Shown in pieces: positions 1 through 8,068 of a stretch of 45,788 nt of DNA. The notes under the pieces were generated by a model, which was not told where the DNA came from, searched no databases, and was given only the letters and a program-made list of their open reading frames with translations. The DNA is taken from positions 1 to 45,788 of the forward strand of contig JBGAGQ010000055.1 in NCBI GenBank assembly GCA_044226625.1, given 5' to 3'. The stretch is from Thermoanaerobaculia bacterium. GTDB lineage: Bacteria; Acidobacteriota; Thermoanaerobaculia; Multivoradales; UBA5704. The position numbers and the translations under genes are program-made. Numbering within the stretch: the stretch's first letter is position 1; each line of letters begins with the position of its first letter.

Positions 1-138
1 ATCCTGCGGACTGGTCTCTCACCTCCGGTTGCTCCCCACCCCGCCTCACGGCGACGCAGTTTCCTTTGGTTTCAGGCCGGAGAGCGTCTGCCTGGAGAGG
101 ACTTGCACCTCTCTGAACGAATGCGCTCACGGGCGCAC
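1..138 (-). mobile_element. Group II intron, 5' end (start of domain I); the rest lies left of the window
   Basis: The minus strand from 138 reads GTGCGCCCGTGAGCGCAT...GAGAGGTGCAAGTCCTCTC...AACTGCGTCGCCGTGAGGCGGGGTGGGGAGCAACCGGAGG: a GUGYG 5' boundary plus domain I hairpins typical of bacterial group II introns. CHAT-like coding sequence begins abruptly at 139. Confidence 0.85.
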
Positions 139-618
139 GGTGCGGCGGCCACCAAGGCCGCCGTGCTCGAACGCATGCCGCGCAGCCGCATCCTCCACTT
201 CGCCACCCATGGTCTCCTGGGCGACGTCGAGAAGGAAGATGTTCCTGGCGCTATTGCCCTCACTCCATCGGGCGGCGATGAGAAGGGGCTGTTGACCGCC
301 GCCGAGGTCATGAGCCTCAGTTTGAAGGCCGAGCTGGCCGTCTTGAGCGCCTGCCGCACCGGCGACGGGCGGCCGAGCAGCGACAGCATCGTCGGCCTCT
401 CCCGGGCCTTCCTCGCCGCCGGGGTCCCCAGCCTCATCGTCTCCCTTTGGTCGATCCCCGATAACTCCACCTCGCTCTTGATGAAAGAACTCTACCTGGC
501 GCTCTCCCAGGGTCTGGGAAAAGCTCAAGCCTTGCGGGAGGCCATGCTCGCCACCCGGAGGCTCCATCCGGACCCGCTCCATTGGGCAGGGTTCGCCCTC
601 CTGGGCGAGGGGGCCTGA
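139..618 (+). pseudogene. C-terminal part of a CHAT (caspase-like) protease gene interrupted by the intron
   Basis: GAAATKAAVLERMP..ILHFATHG (catalytic His), LAVLSACRTG (catalytic Cys), GLSRAFLAAG, SLWSIPD and PLHWAGF are CHAT motifs. The ORF-track start at 103 lies inside the intron. Confidence 0.85.
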
Positions 619-673
619 AAGAGGCCTCGCCGGACTAATACAAACGCACTCCTAGAGTGTCTTATGGTACGCC

Positions 674-1729
674 ATGGAGGACTTCATCCTGACGCTAGTG
701 CCGCTGCCTGACGGGCACTTGGTGCGCGCCGACTGTCAGCTGATTGGCCAGCCCGAGCCGCGCCGGATCAGGCTCGAAGAGCGGCAGAAGCTTGAGGAGC
801 TGGGAGCGCGGCTCGCGGAGCGTCCCCTTAAGGAGATCACGGAAGTGGTGAAGGTCGGCCGAGATCTCTTCGGTCGCCTGTTCGGCAAGGAGCTCGCGGC
901 CCCCTTCTGGGAAGCGTCGGAGAAGGCACGGAACGACGGCGGCTTGAGGGTTCTGCTGCGGTTCGCAAAAGACGACCGCTTGCAGGACCTCCCCTGGGAG
1001 CTGCTGCACGACGGCCGCTCGCCTCTGGCCTTAGACCCCGCGACGGCGCTCGCGCGTTATATCGAGATGCCGCAACCGATCAAGGTGCCGCGGCCGAAGG
1101 GGCGGCTGCGGGTGCTCTTCACTTCGGCCTGCCCCCCCCTGGCCCAACGGCTTGACCTGGGAAGCGAGGAAAGAAGGGTCCGCCGCGCCCTGGAACTCGC
1201 AGGTGTGGACCCCCAGATTGAAAACCGGGTCACCTTGGAGCTGCTGAAGCTTCTCTTGATTCAGGCCGAGCACACGGGTAAGCCTTTTCACGTCTGGCAT
1301 CACGCCAGCCACGGTTTTCTCGACCGGCAGGGAAGCTTCCATCTTGTCCTCGAAGGTGGTGAAGAGGGGCGGCATGTCGGGACCGACGAGGTCTCCGGCA
1401 TCCTCGCGCAATGCCCCAGCCTGCTGGCCGTCGTGCTCAATGTTTGCCACGGGGCAGCCCTCGCCACCTCCCTCGCCTGCGCCAAGGTCCCGGTAGCGAT
1501 CGGGTTCCGCGAGCAGATCCAGGACCGCGCCGCCTTGCTGTTCGCCGAGCGCTTCTACAAGAGCCTTCTAAGGCATCCCGTGGAGGTCGCGCTGGCGCAC
1601 AGCCGGCTGGCGCTCGCCTACCAGGGCTGCCCACTGCTGAACTGGACGAACCCCATCCTGTACACGAGGACCACCAGGGCGGTCCGCTTCGTGGAGGAGC
1701 GCCATGGAAGATCTCACGGAAGAGCCTGA
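674..1729 (+). CDS. Stand-alone CHAT-domain (caspase-like) protease
   Basis: LQDLPWELL, VWHHASHG (His), VVLNVCHG (Cys), FAERFYKSL and W..PILY motifs; 351 aa. Confidence 0.85.
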   Translation: MEDFILTLVPLPDGHLVRADCQLIGQPEPRRIRLEERQKLEELGARLAERPLKEITEVVKVGRDLFGRLFGKELAAPFWEASEKARNDGGLRVLLRFAKDDRLQDLPWELLHDGRSPLALDPATALARYIEMPQPIKVPRPKGRLRVLFTSACPPLAQRLDLGSEERRVRRALELAGVDPQIENRVTLELLKLLLIQAEHTGKPFHVWHHASHGFLDRQGSFHLVLEGGEEGRHVGTDEVSGILAQCPSLLAVVLNVCHGAALATSLACAKVPVAIGFREQIQDRAALLFAERFYKSLLRHPVEVALAHSRLALAYQGCPLLNWTNPILYTRTTRAVRFVEERHGRSHGRA

Positions 1730-4700
1730 AATTGGCGTAGCGGAGGAGGGCGAGGATTTCGATCCCGCGGTGAGAGATTTCGTGCGCGTAGACGAGGACG
1801 ACTTGCCGGCGATTCCGCCCCCGCCCTCCCTTCCCGAGCTCGACGTTCCCCCGGACCTACTAGACGACCTGGAGGGAGAGACCTTCGGACCGGCAGACGC
1901 CTATCACGGCGAGAACGACGAGAGGGATGTTGAAGAGGAAGCGGAGGAGAAGGAGGATTACAGCGACGACGACGATCCAGCCGCCCTGTGGATCGACAAA
2001 TCGCTCATCGCGCGCGTCAACCAGATCTTCGTCGCGCCGCCGGGCTACGGCGAATCTCTACAGAAGCTACGCGCGCGGATCCTCAACAGCCACGTCTTCA
2101 TCCTGCATGGCGGAGAGCATTCGGGCAAGCTGACTTGCGCCCTGCACCTCGCGCAGGACCTCCTCACTCGGAGCGGTAAGGAGCCGAGGATCGGCTGCTA
2201 TCGCCGCCGCGCGGACGAGTCGCCGTCGCTTCTCGATCTCGTGCGGCAGGATGCCGTCAAGAGAGACCGCGCCTACATATTCGAGGACGCGTTCCCTAGC
2301 CTCTCGACGGAGGATCTTGAGCCGCCGTTTCTCAACCGGTTGAACGAGAGACTACAGGACAGGGGGTCTTTCCTCCTTCTGACGACCGAGAGACCGGTGC
2401 AGGAGCTACCCGTTAGCGTGGCGAAGGTGCACGTGGCGATCTGCGACCTGAGCCGCGTTTTCCTCAACCACCTCGACGTGTATCGCACCAACCTGATCGG
2501 CGCCGACCGCATCGTCATCGACGACGAGGCCCTCGATCTCGCCGGCCAAAACTGGGATGCGCTTAAGGGCGACCTGAAAGACCCCGATCAGATCGACGAG
2601 TTCTGCCGACGGCTGGGTGTCCAGGGAGGAGTACCGAGCGCAGAGGAGCTGAAGAAGCTCGCCCGGGAGATTGCCCTGCGCCGGATCGAGGCGGCACGCC
2701 CCTGGTTCGCGGGCCTCAGGCTGCATGAGAAGCTTTTCGCCTTCCTGGTGGTCCTCTTTCCGGGCCGCGATGGCCTGAGCCTGTACGAGATCTTCCTCGG
2801 TGCCGTCGCCCAACTGCGCGGTCACGGACTTCGGCTGAAGGATCCGCGCGAGCTCGGTTACGACGATCTCCTCGACCGCATTCGGGCTGTGGAGGGGCCG
2901 ACGCGCGAGATCGATTTCCAGGAGCGGGCTATCGGCGGCGAGGTGGAATGGCAGATTAAGAACTACAACCATCTGCTCTGGTCTCTGGTGCCGTGGTTCC
3001 TCGAGGAGATCCAGAGAAGCCTGGGAAAGCAGGGGGCGGAAGCCCGCCGGAGTCTGGCGGTCGCCGTCGGCAGGATCGGGCTCCATCACCCGGCCCAGCT
3101 CCGAGACCGGCTCGAGGAGCTGGCAACGCGTCCAGTCGCCAATGTAGCCGCGGCGACCGGCTATGCCTTCAGCGAGGTCTGCTTGCGCAACCGCGATGCA
3201 GACCAGAGGGTTTGCGAGGTTCTCGCCGAATGGGTGGCCTCCCGGCAGTCTCGCCTGATGTGGGCGGCGAGCTCCTGCATCTGGCGGGTGTACGGCGCCT
3301 TGAAGCGGAGTGGGCGGGACACCGCGAAGACGCGAGAGCACCTGCTGGAAACGCTCGAAGAGCTGATCTCCAGGCTGGCGGAGCCGCTAGGCCCCGAGGA
3401 TCGCAGGGCCGCTGCGGCGATCGCCAGCGACAACTGCCAAGACGCCAAGGCGGCGAAGCGCCAGACCGACGAGACCCTCAAGTCCTGGGCGGACAAGACC
3501 TACAAGGGTGCTCGGACCGCTATCCAGCGGATCGCTGCAGCCGACCCGGAGGGGATGATTGCGAGACTGCGGCTCTGGCTGGCCGGTGGTCGGCCGGCTC
3601 TGCGTCGCATAAGCATCGGGGTGATCCGCCAGCTTTTCGCAGACGCAGCGCGGGAATCGGGCCCGCCACCTCGGCGGCATCTGGCGCTTTCCGAGCTCGT
3701 CGAGCCCGTCCTCGCGCATTGCGGCGAGGGGAGCCAGACCAGGGAAGCGCTGTTCAGAGCGCTGGCCGGCTGGGTGGGCCAGTCCGAGGCGCCCAGGGCC
3801 ACGAAGCTGCTGCTGCAGGCCGCCAATCGCCTCCAGGGCAGGGCGGCGAGAGCGTTTCGCAGCAGCCTTCAGCCGTGGCTCGAGGACCCTTCCCCGGATG
3901 TCCGGCGCCTGGGGGGAGCGCTGCTCATGCGCTCTCTCCTGCTCGAGGGGGCGGTCGTCCCGGCGCCCGACTCGGCTCTGGGCGCCCTCGTCCTCGACGC
4001 TTCCACCGAGGCCTTGGCCGAGACTGACTATGAGCCGATCGCACGGCAGGTCTGGAACCTCTTGCAACCCCGCCTCGGTCTACGGCTGGTCCGCATGGGC
4101 GAGGGGCGCGAGCTGGCGAGCCCGGGCCAGCTTTTCCCCGCGCGCGGCGTCCTGGCGGGCGCATCCCGTCCCCGGCTGTTGCTGCCCACGTTCGACGCCA
4201 TCGGCGCGGAGAGTCTCTGCCTCGCCGTCGTCCTCACCACGGGGCCGATCCTCGACCTCGCGGAGGCCTCAATGGCCGCCTGGTCAAGCAACCTGCTGCT
4301 GGTCGATTTGGCCAAGGCGGGCAAGGAGCAGGATCTCCCGCGGGCGGTCTACCTCAACCTCCGTTCGCCAGCAGGGGGTCTCGCCGATCTGACGGCGAGG
4401 ATCGACGACCGCTTTGCGGCGTTGCTCGCTCCTGTCGGCAGCGGCGTGCACGAGGCCGAGTGCGACGAGATGGAAGCCAGGCTCGAACAGTGGCTCGGGG
4501 AGCTTGACGAGCCGCCCAGCCTGGCGGAGCCGCCGGATCGGGCGCTCGCGATTCTGCGTGGGGTGCTGGGGCTGGCGGAGTCCCATCTCGACAGGTGTTC
4601 GGCCCTGCTGACGCGCTGGCTGGCGCCAAGCTCCGGCGAACTCGCATTGCGCATGGGCGCCACCGCCGTTCGTCTGCTGCTGCGGATCGAGGCGAACCAC

Positions 4701-5777
4701 CCCCCTCCCGCGGCGCCGGCGCGGGCTCTGCTTTTCGGGTTGGCGACCGCCCTTGGCACCTACGGCCCCGAGGGCAGCCTCGAAACGGCGCTCTCGATCG
4801 TGTGCCGCTGGTTGCCGCTAACAGATTGGCGCGCCGCCCTGCTCGACGGCGCTGGCGACAGGCCCGCCGCGCTTCGGCAGTGGATCGAAGGCCTCCTGCC
4901 AAGTCATGCGGAGCTGCTATCCCAGACTCTGACGACTTGGCGGCGCTCCGTCGACGAGGGATCGGAGGAGGACGCGCGGCGGCTGAGCGAGGCCGTGGAT
5001 CGAATCGAGGAGTGGATCGTCGCCGGCCGGATGGCGAATCCTGTAGAGACGCCGCCGAGCGTCGTTCCCGAGGTAGCCAGCCAGCCCCTTCTCGCCCCTG
5101 CGGTGGTGAGGACGGCGGTCCACTCCTCCTCCCACACGGCTGATCCCGCGGGCTTCCCCATGGTGTGGATCGAAGAGATCGGCGCCTACATGCACTGGCT
5201 GCCCGTCACCAAGCTCCAGTTCGAGAAGTTCGTCACCGAAACTCCCGACCCACTCTTCGACGACGCCTGGTATCGCCGGACGCTCGACCTCAACCCGCGC
5301 GTAGCCGTCCCCGAGATCGATCCCGAGAACTACCTCCAGGCCTTCCTCACCGGAATCCTTCCTGAGGAGGCGAGCCGGTTCGCCGCTTGGTGCGGCGAGG
5401 ACTACGCGCTGCCCACCCTAGCGGATTGGCAAAAGGCCTATGCCGCCCTCGCGGCCGAGCCAACCTGCGCGCTGGCAACTCTCGATCTCTCCGCTACGGC
5501 TGGAGAACTCGTGCGGACGTTCCTCACCCGGATCGAATCGTCCGCTGCCGCCCGGCCCGGCCCGGCGCGCACCCGAGTCGATCAGATGCTCATGCGGCGC
5601 GGCGTGCTGGAGTGGGTCAAGCAGGACGGGCGGTCCGGCCGCTGGGGGGGGATGGGAGAGCCGGCGCCTCATTTCAAGATGCTCTGGTCCATCGAGAGAG
5701 GACTGGCCGTGCCCCGCGACGCGGGTTCCTCCCGCTCCAGCGCCTTCGGGTTTCGGCTGATCCGCAGGCCGGCATGA
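1704..5777 (+). CDS. 1357-aa multidomain protein: acidic N-terminus, degenerate STAND-like P-loop, helical (HEAT/ARM-like) repeats, degenerate vWA-like segment, C-terminal FGE/SUMF1-like domain
   Basis: SD GGAGGAG before the ATG. VFILHGGEHSGKLT (Walker A-like), AYIFED (Walker B-like). ALVLDASTE and AVVLTTGPILD are vWA-like with a broken MIDAS. C-terminal LPVTKLQFEKF, FAAWCG..ALPTLADW, VLEWV and FGFRLIR fit the FGE-sulfatase fold. Confidence 0.7.
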   Translation: MEDLTEEPEIGVAEEGEDFDPAVRDFVRVDEDDLPAIPPPPSLPELDVPPDLLDDLEGETFGPADAYHGENDERDVEEEAEEKEDYSDDDDPAALWIDKSLIARVNQIFVAPPGYGESLQKLRARILNSHVFILHGGEHSGKLTCALHLAQDLLTRSGKEPRIGCYRRRADESPSLLDLVRQDAVKRDRAYIFEDAFPSLSTEDLEPPFLNRLNERLQDRGSFLLLTTERPVQELPVSVAKVHVAICDLSRVFLNHLDVYRTNLIGADRIVIDDEALDLAGQNWDALKGDLKDPDQIDEFCRRLGVQGGVPSAEELKKLAREIALRRIEAARPWFAGLRLHEKLFAFLVVLFPGRDGLSLYEIFLGAVAQLRGHGLRLKDPRELGYDDLLDRIRAVEGPTREIDFQERAIGGEVEWQIKNYNHLLWSLVPWFLEEIQRSLGKQGAEARRSLAVAVGRIGLHHPAQLRDRLEELATRPVANVAAATGYAFSEVCLRNRDADQRVCEVLAEWVASRQSRLMWAASSCIWRVYGALKRSGRDTAKTREHLLETLEELISRLAEPLGPEDRRAAAAIASDNCQDAKAAKRQTDETLKSWADKTYKGARTAIQRIAAADPEGMIARLRLWLAGGRPALRRISIGVIRQLFADAARESGPPPRRHLALSELVEPVLAHCGEGSQTREALFRALAGWVGQSEAPRATKLLLQAANRLQGRAARAFRSSLQPWLEDPSPDVRRLGGALLMRSLLLEGAVVPAPDSALGALVLDASTEALAETDYEPIARQVWNLLQPRLGLRLVRMGEGRELASPGQLFPARGVLAGASRPRLLLPTFDAIGAESLCLAVVLTTGPILDLAEASMAAWSSNLLLVDLAKAGKEQDLPRAVYLNLRSPAGGLADLTARIDDRFAALLAPVGSGVHEAECDEMEARLEQWLGELDEPPSLAEPPDRALAILRGVLGLAESHLDRCSALLTRWLAPSSGELALRMGATAVRLLLRIEANHPPPAAPARALLFGLATALGTYGPEGSLETALSIVCRWLPLTDWRAALLDGAGDRPAALRQWIEGLLPSHAELLSQTLTTWRRSVDEGSEEDARRLSEAVDRIEEWIVAGRMANPVETPPSVVPEVASQPLLAPAVVRTAVHSSSHTADPAGFPMVWIEEIGAYMHWLPVTKLQFEKFVTETPDPLFDDAWYRRTLDLNPRVAVPEIDPENYLQAFLTGILPEEASRFAAWCGEDYALPTLADWQKAYAALAAEPTCALATLDLSATAGELVRTFLTRIESSAAARPGPARTRVDQMLMRRGVLEWVKQDGRSGRWGGMGEPAPHFKMLWSIERGLAVPRDAGSSRSSAFGFRLIRRPA

Positions 5778-5807
5778 CCCGGGCCTGCAGCAAGCAAGGA
5801 GTCTTTC

Positions 5808-6812
5808 ATGAGCCCCGACCGCCAACTCATCTGCCCGCTTAGCCTCAGGGAGACCGCGGTGGCCGGATCCCCGGCGAAGTGCAACTGCTGCAGCGAAGTC
5901 CTGCCGCCACTTTACGTCAATGAGGCACAGGGCCTCCAGCCGTTGCCGATTCAGTTCTTCGGCCTGAGCGGACATGGCAAAACCGCTTACCTGGCGGCGC
6001 TGACTGTGGCGCTGCAACGAGTGAACTCGGTCTGGAACGGCTTCACGGCAACGCCGGCGACCGAGCAGTCCCGCAGGCTAGTCCGGGAAGCCAATGTCTA
6101 CTTCGCCAGCGGGCAGCTGCCGCCACCCACGCCCTTAGGGTCCAAGGGCTGTTTCCTGATGCTGCTGAACCGCATTCCGAAGTGGATGAAAGCAGCGCTC
6201 ATGATCCGCGACTGCTCGGGCCAGGCTTTCCGGGACTTCAACGTCGATCTGCAGGAAGCCAGCTACCTGCTCAGGGCACCGCTCACCTTTCTGTTCATCA
6301 GCCTCAAGGACCTCCAGGGCGGGGATACCGTCGATGTCCTGCTCAATGACTACCTCGATGCCCTCGCCGCGCACGGGGTGCGGCCCGAGCTGGAGATGAA
6401 GAAGCTCGTGGTCGTGCTTACCAAAGCGGATCTCTTGCAGGAGGAGCTCCCGGACGACCTGCTGCAGGCCGTCCGGGAAGATCGGCTTTGGCAGGCATCC
6501 CAGATGGAAACGGAGCCCAGGTGGTCCGCCGTGGCGGACATGGACACCGACCTGGGAGCCCTGGGTGAGATCAGCCGGAGCATCGAAGCTTGGATCTGCC
6601 GGCGAGCCGCCGGCCGCACCCTGGTGACGTTGGCGCGCGACCGCAGCATCGAGATTCGGTTCACCCTCGTCTCGTCGACCGGCTCCGCACCGCGCGCTCA
6701 GGACAATGTCCTGGCGACTGGCTGGGAGCCGAGCCGTGTCCTCGATCCGCTGATCTGGGCCCTGGAGCTCAACGAAAGACGCATTAAGGATATGCGGCGG
6801 TATTTCCGGTGA
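5808..6812 (+). CDS. TRAFAC-class GTPase with N-terminal Cys cluster (resembles the double-GTPase family of NTP-dependent conflict systems)
   Basis: G1 GLSGHGKT, PPPT (G2-like), G3 DCSG, G4 TKAD; N-terminal CPLS...CNCC; SD AGGAG. Confidence 0.75.
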   Translation: MSPDRQLICPLSLRETAVAGSPAKCNCCSEVLPPLYVNEAQGLQPLPIQFFGLSGHGKTAYLAALTVALQRVNSVWNGFTATPATEQSRRLVREANVYFASGQLPPPTPLGSKGCFLMLLNRIPKWMKAALMIRDCSGQAFRDFNVDLQEASYLLRAPLTFLFISLKDLQGGDTVDVLLNDYLDALAAHGVRPELEMKKLVVVLTKADLLQEELPDDLLQAVREDRLWQASQMETEPRWSAVADMDTDLGALGEISRSIEAWICRRAAGRTLVTLARDRSIEIRFTLVSSTGSAPRAQDNVLATGWEPSRVLDPLIWALELNERRIKDMRRYFR

Positions 6813-6862
6813 AACGAACCCGGCGCCGCACGTCGGCGTGGAGGTAGCACCGGCGGGGACGC

Positions 6863-8068
6863 TCACGAAACGTAGTCGCCGATGTTCGTCTCGACCTTGG
6901 CCATCTCCTTCTCCTTCCACATCTCCACGATCCGCTCGGCGATCTCCGATTGAGCGCCCGCGATGCGTTGCATCAAGGTCATGTTCGCCTGCAGCTCGGT
7001 CTCCTGCCGCTGCCTGTTCCTCTCCGAGTTAAGGAACATCTCGGTTTTTGCATAGTCGTCGACCTCGGAGGTCTCGTTCCGGGTCTTGACGTCCAGCCTG
7101 TGCTGCGTCACCTCTCGGAACTGCTTGGACGACGCGACGACCTGGAACTCGCGGTCCTCCAGCTTCTGCTCATAGGGTCGGTAGGGACTCAGTGTCGACA
7201 GCAGCTTGACGCTGATTGGCGCGGTCTCGAGAGCGATGAAAAGCAGAGTGATGAACAGGTTCGCCGAGTGCATGCCGTCGCTCGCGTCGTTGAGCTGGGC
7301 GAGCGCCTCGAGCCGTGCCAAGAGCCCGTCCGCTTTCTCCCGCGCATCCGCCGCCTGCTTGATCCGCTGCTTTCGCTCTTCCTCGAGTCTGGAGATTTCT
7401 TTCTCGTTCGGTAATATAAGTTCGTTGTTCTTTTTCTCCAGATCGTCAAGTTGCCGCTTCATCTCTTTGAGGCGCAGCTCCTTCTCACCGAACACCGGAC
7501 CCTTGCCCGGAATGAACGTTCCCCCGGTCCCCTCCGCTTCCTGTATCCATTCCTTGTACAGCTTGTCTAACGCCTCTTGCTTGTCGCGGATCTCTTGATG
7601 AAGCTTCTGATTCTGATCCTTGAGGCCCTGGAGTGCTCCGTAGGCGCTATCGACGGCTCTTACTGTTTGCTGATAAGTCTCGTTGTTGTGCTGGGCGATT
7701 TGTGCCTCGATCTCGCGCTCGAAAAGCTTGAGCTCGAGAGGCTTGGCGATCACCATGGCCAGCAAAGCGGCGAGCAACAATCTGGGTAGTGCATAGAGAG
7801 CATCCCACCAGAAGCTCGCCTGCTTGCGCATGCCGGAGATGATGACGCGATCGAGATTGAAGATCATGATCGCCCACAGCAGGCCGAACAGGCAGGTGAC
7901 CCATACCGATCGAAATACGGTGAAGAGGGCGTACCCACCAGAGAGGCCGGCGAGCATGGCGGTAAAGAAGATGGTTGCGCCGATGCCGACGTACTTGGTG
8001 ACCTCGGTGGGGCACTCTTCCAAGACTTCGCGGTTCGCACCGGAGCAAAAGATGAAAAACCCTTTCAT
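6863..8068 (-). CDS. DUF4407-like membrane protein with long coiled-coil (401 aa; start corrected to 8068)
   Basis: MKGFFIFCSGA..CPTE.TKYVGIG start with SD AGGAGG and an ATGA overlap with the kinase stop. Three N-terminal TM segments (IFNLDR, IAKPLEL..FE.EI), a coiled-coil with EAEGTGGT..PGKGP, and a C-terminal TM (FIALETAP). Confidence 0.75.
   Translation of the reverse strand: MKGFFIFCSGANREVLEECPTEVTKYVGIGATIFFTAMLAGLSGGYALFTVFRSVWVTCLFGLLWAIMIFNLDRVIISGMRKQASFWWDALYALPRLLLAALLAMVIAKPLELKLFEREIEAQIAQHNNETYQQTVRAVDSAYGALQGLKDQNQKLHQEIRDKQEALDKLYKEWIQEAEGTGGTFIPGKGPVFGEKELRLKEMKRQLDDLEKKNNELILPNEKEISRLEEERKQRIKQAADAREKADGLLARLEALAQLNDASDGMHSANLFITLLFIALETAPISVKLLSTLSPYRPYEQKLEDREFQVVASSKQFREVTQHRLDVKTRNETSEVDDYAKTEMFLNSERNRQRQETELQANMTLMQRIAGAQSEIAERIVEMWKEKEMAKVETNIGDYVS

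Noticed and set aside
1690-1729. Frameshift splitting a single CHAT-NTPase fusion
   Set aside because: The downstream ORF has a strong SD (GGAGGAG) and ATG, and the CHAT domain is complete, so two coupled genes is the simpler reading.
5140-5777. Diversity-generating retroelement target (FGE/CLec fold near a retroelement)
   Set aside because: No template-repeat/variable-repeat pair was seen in the window, and the element at 1-138 looks like a group II intron, not a DGR.
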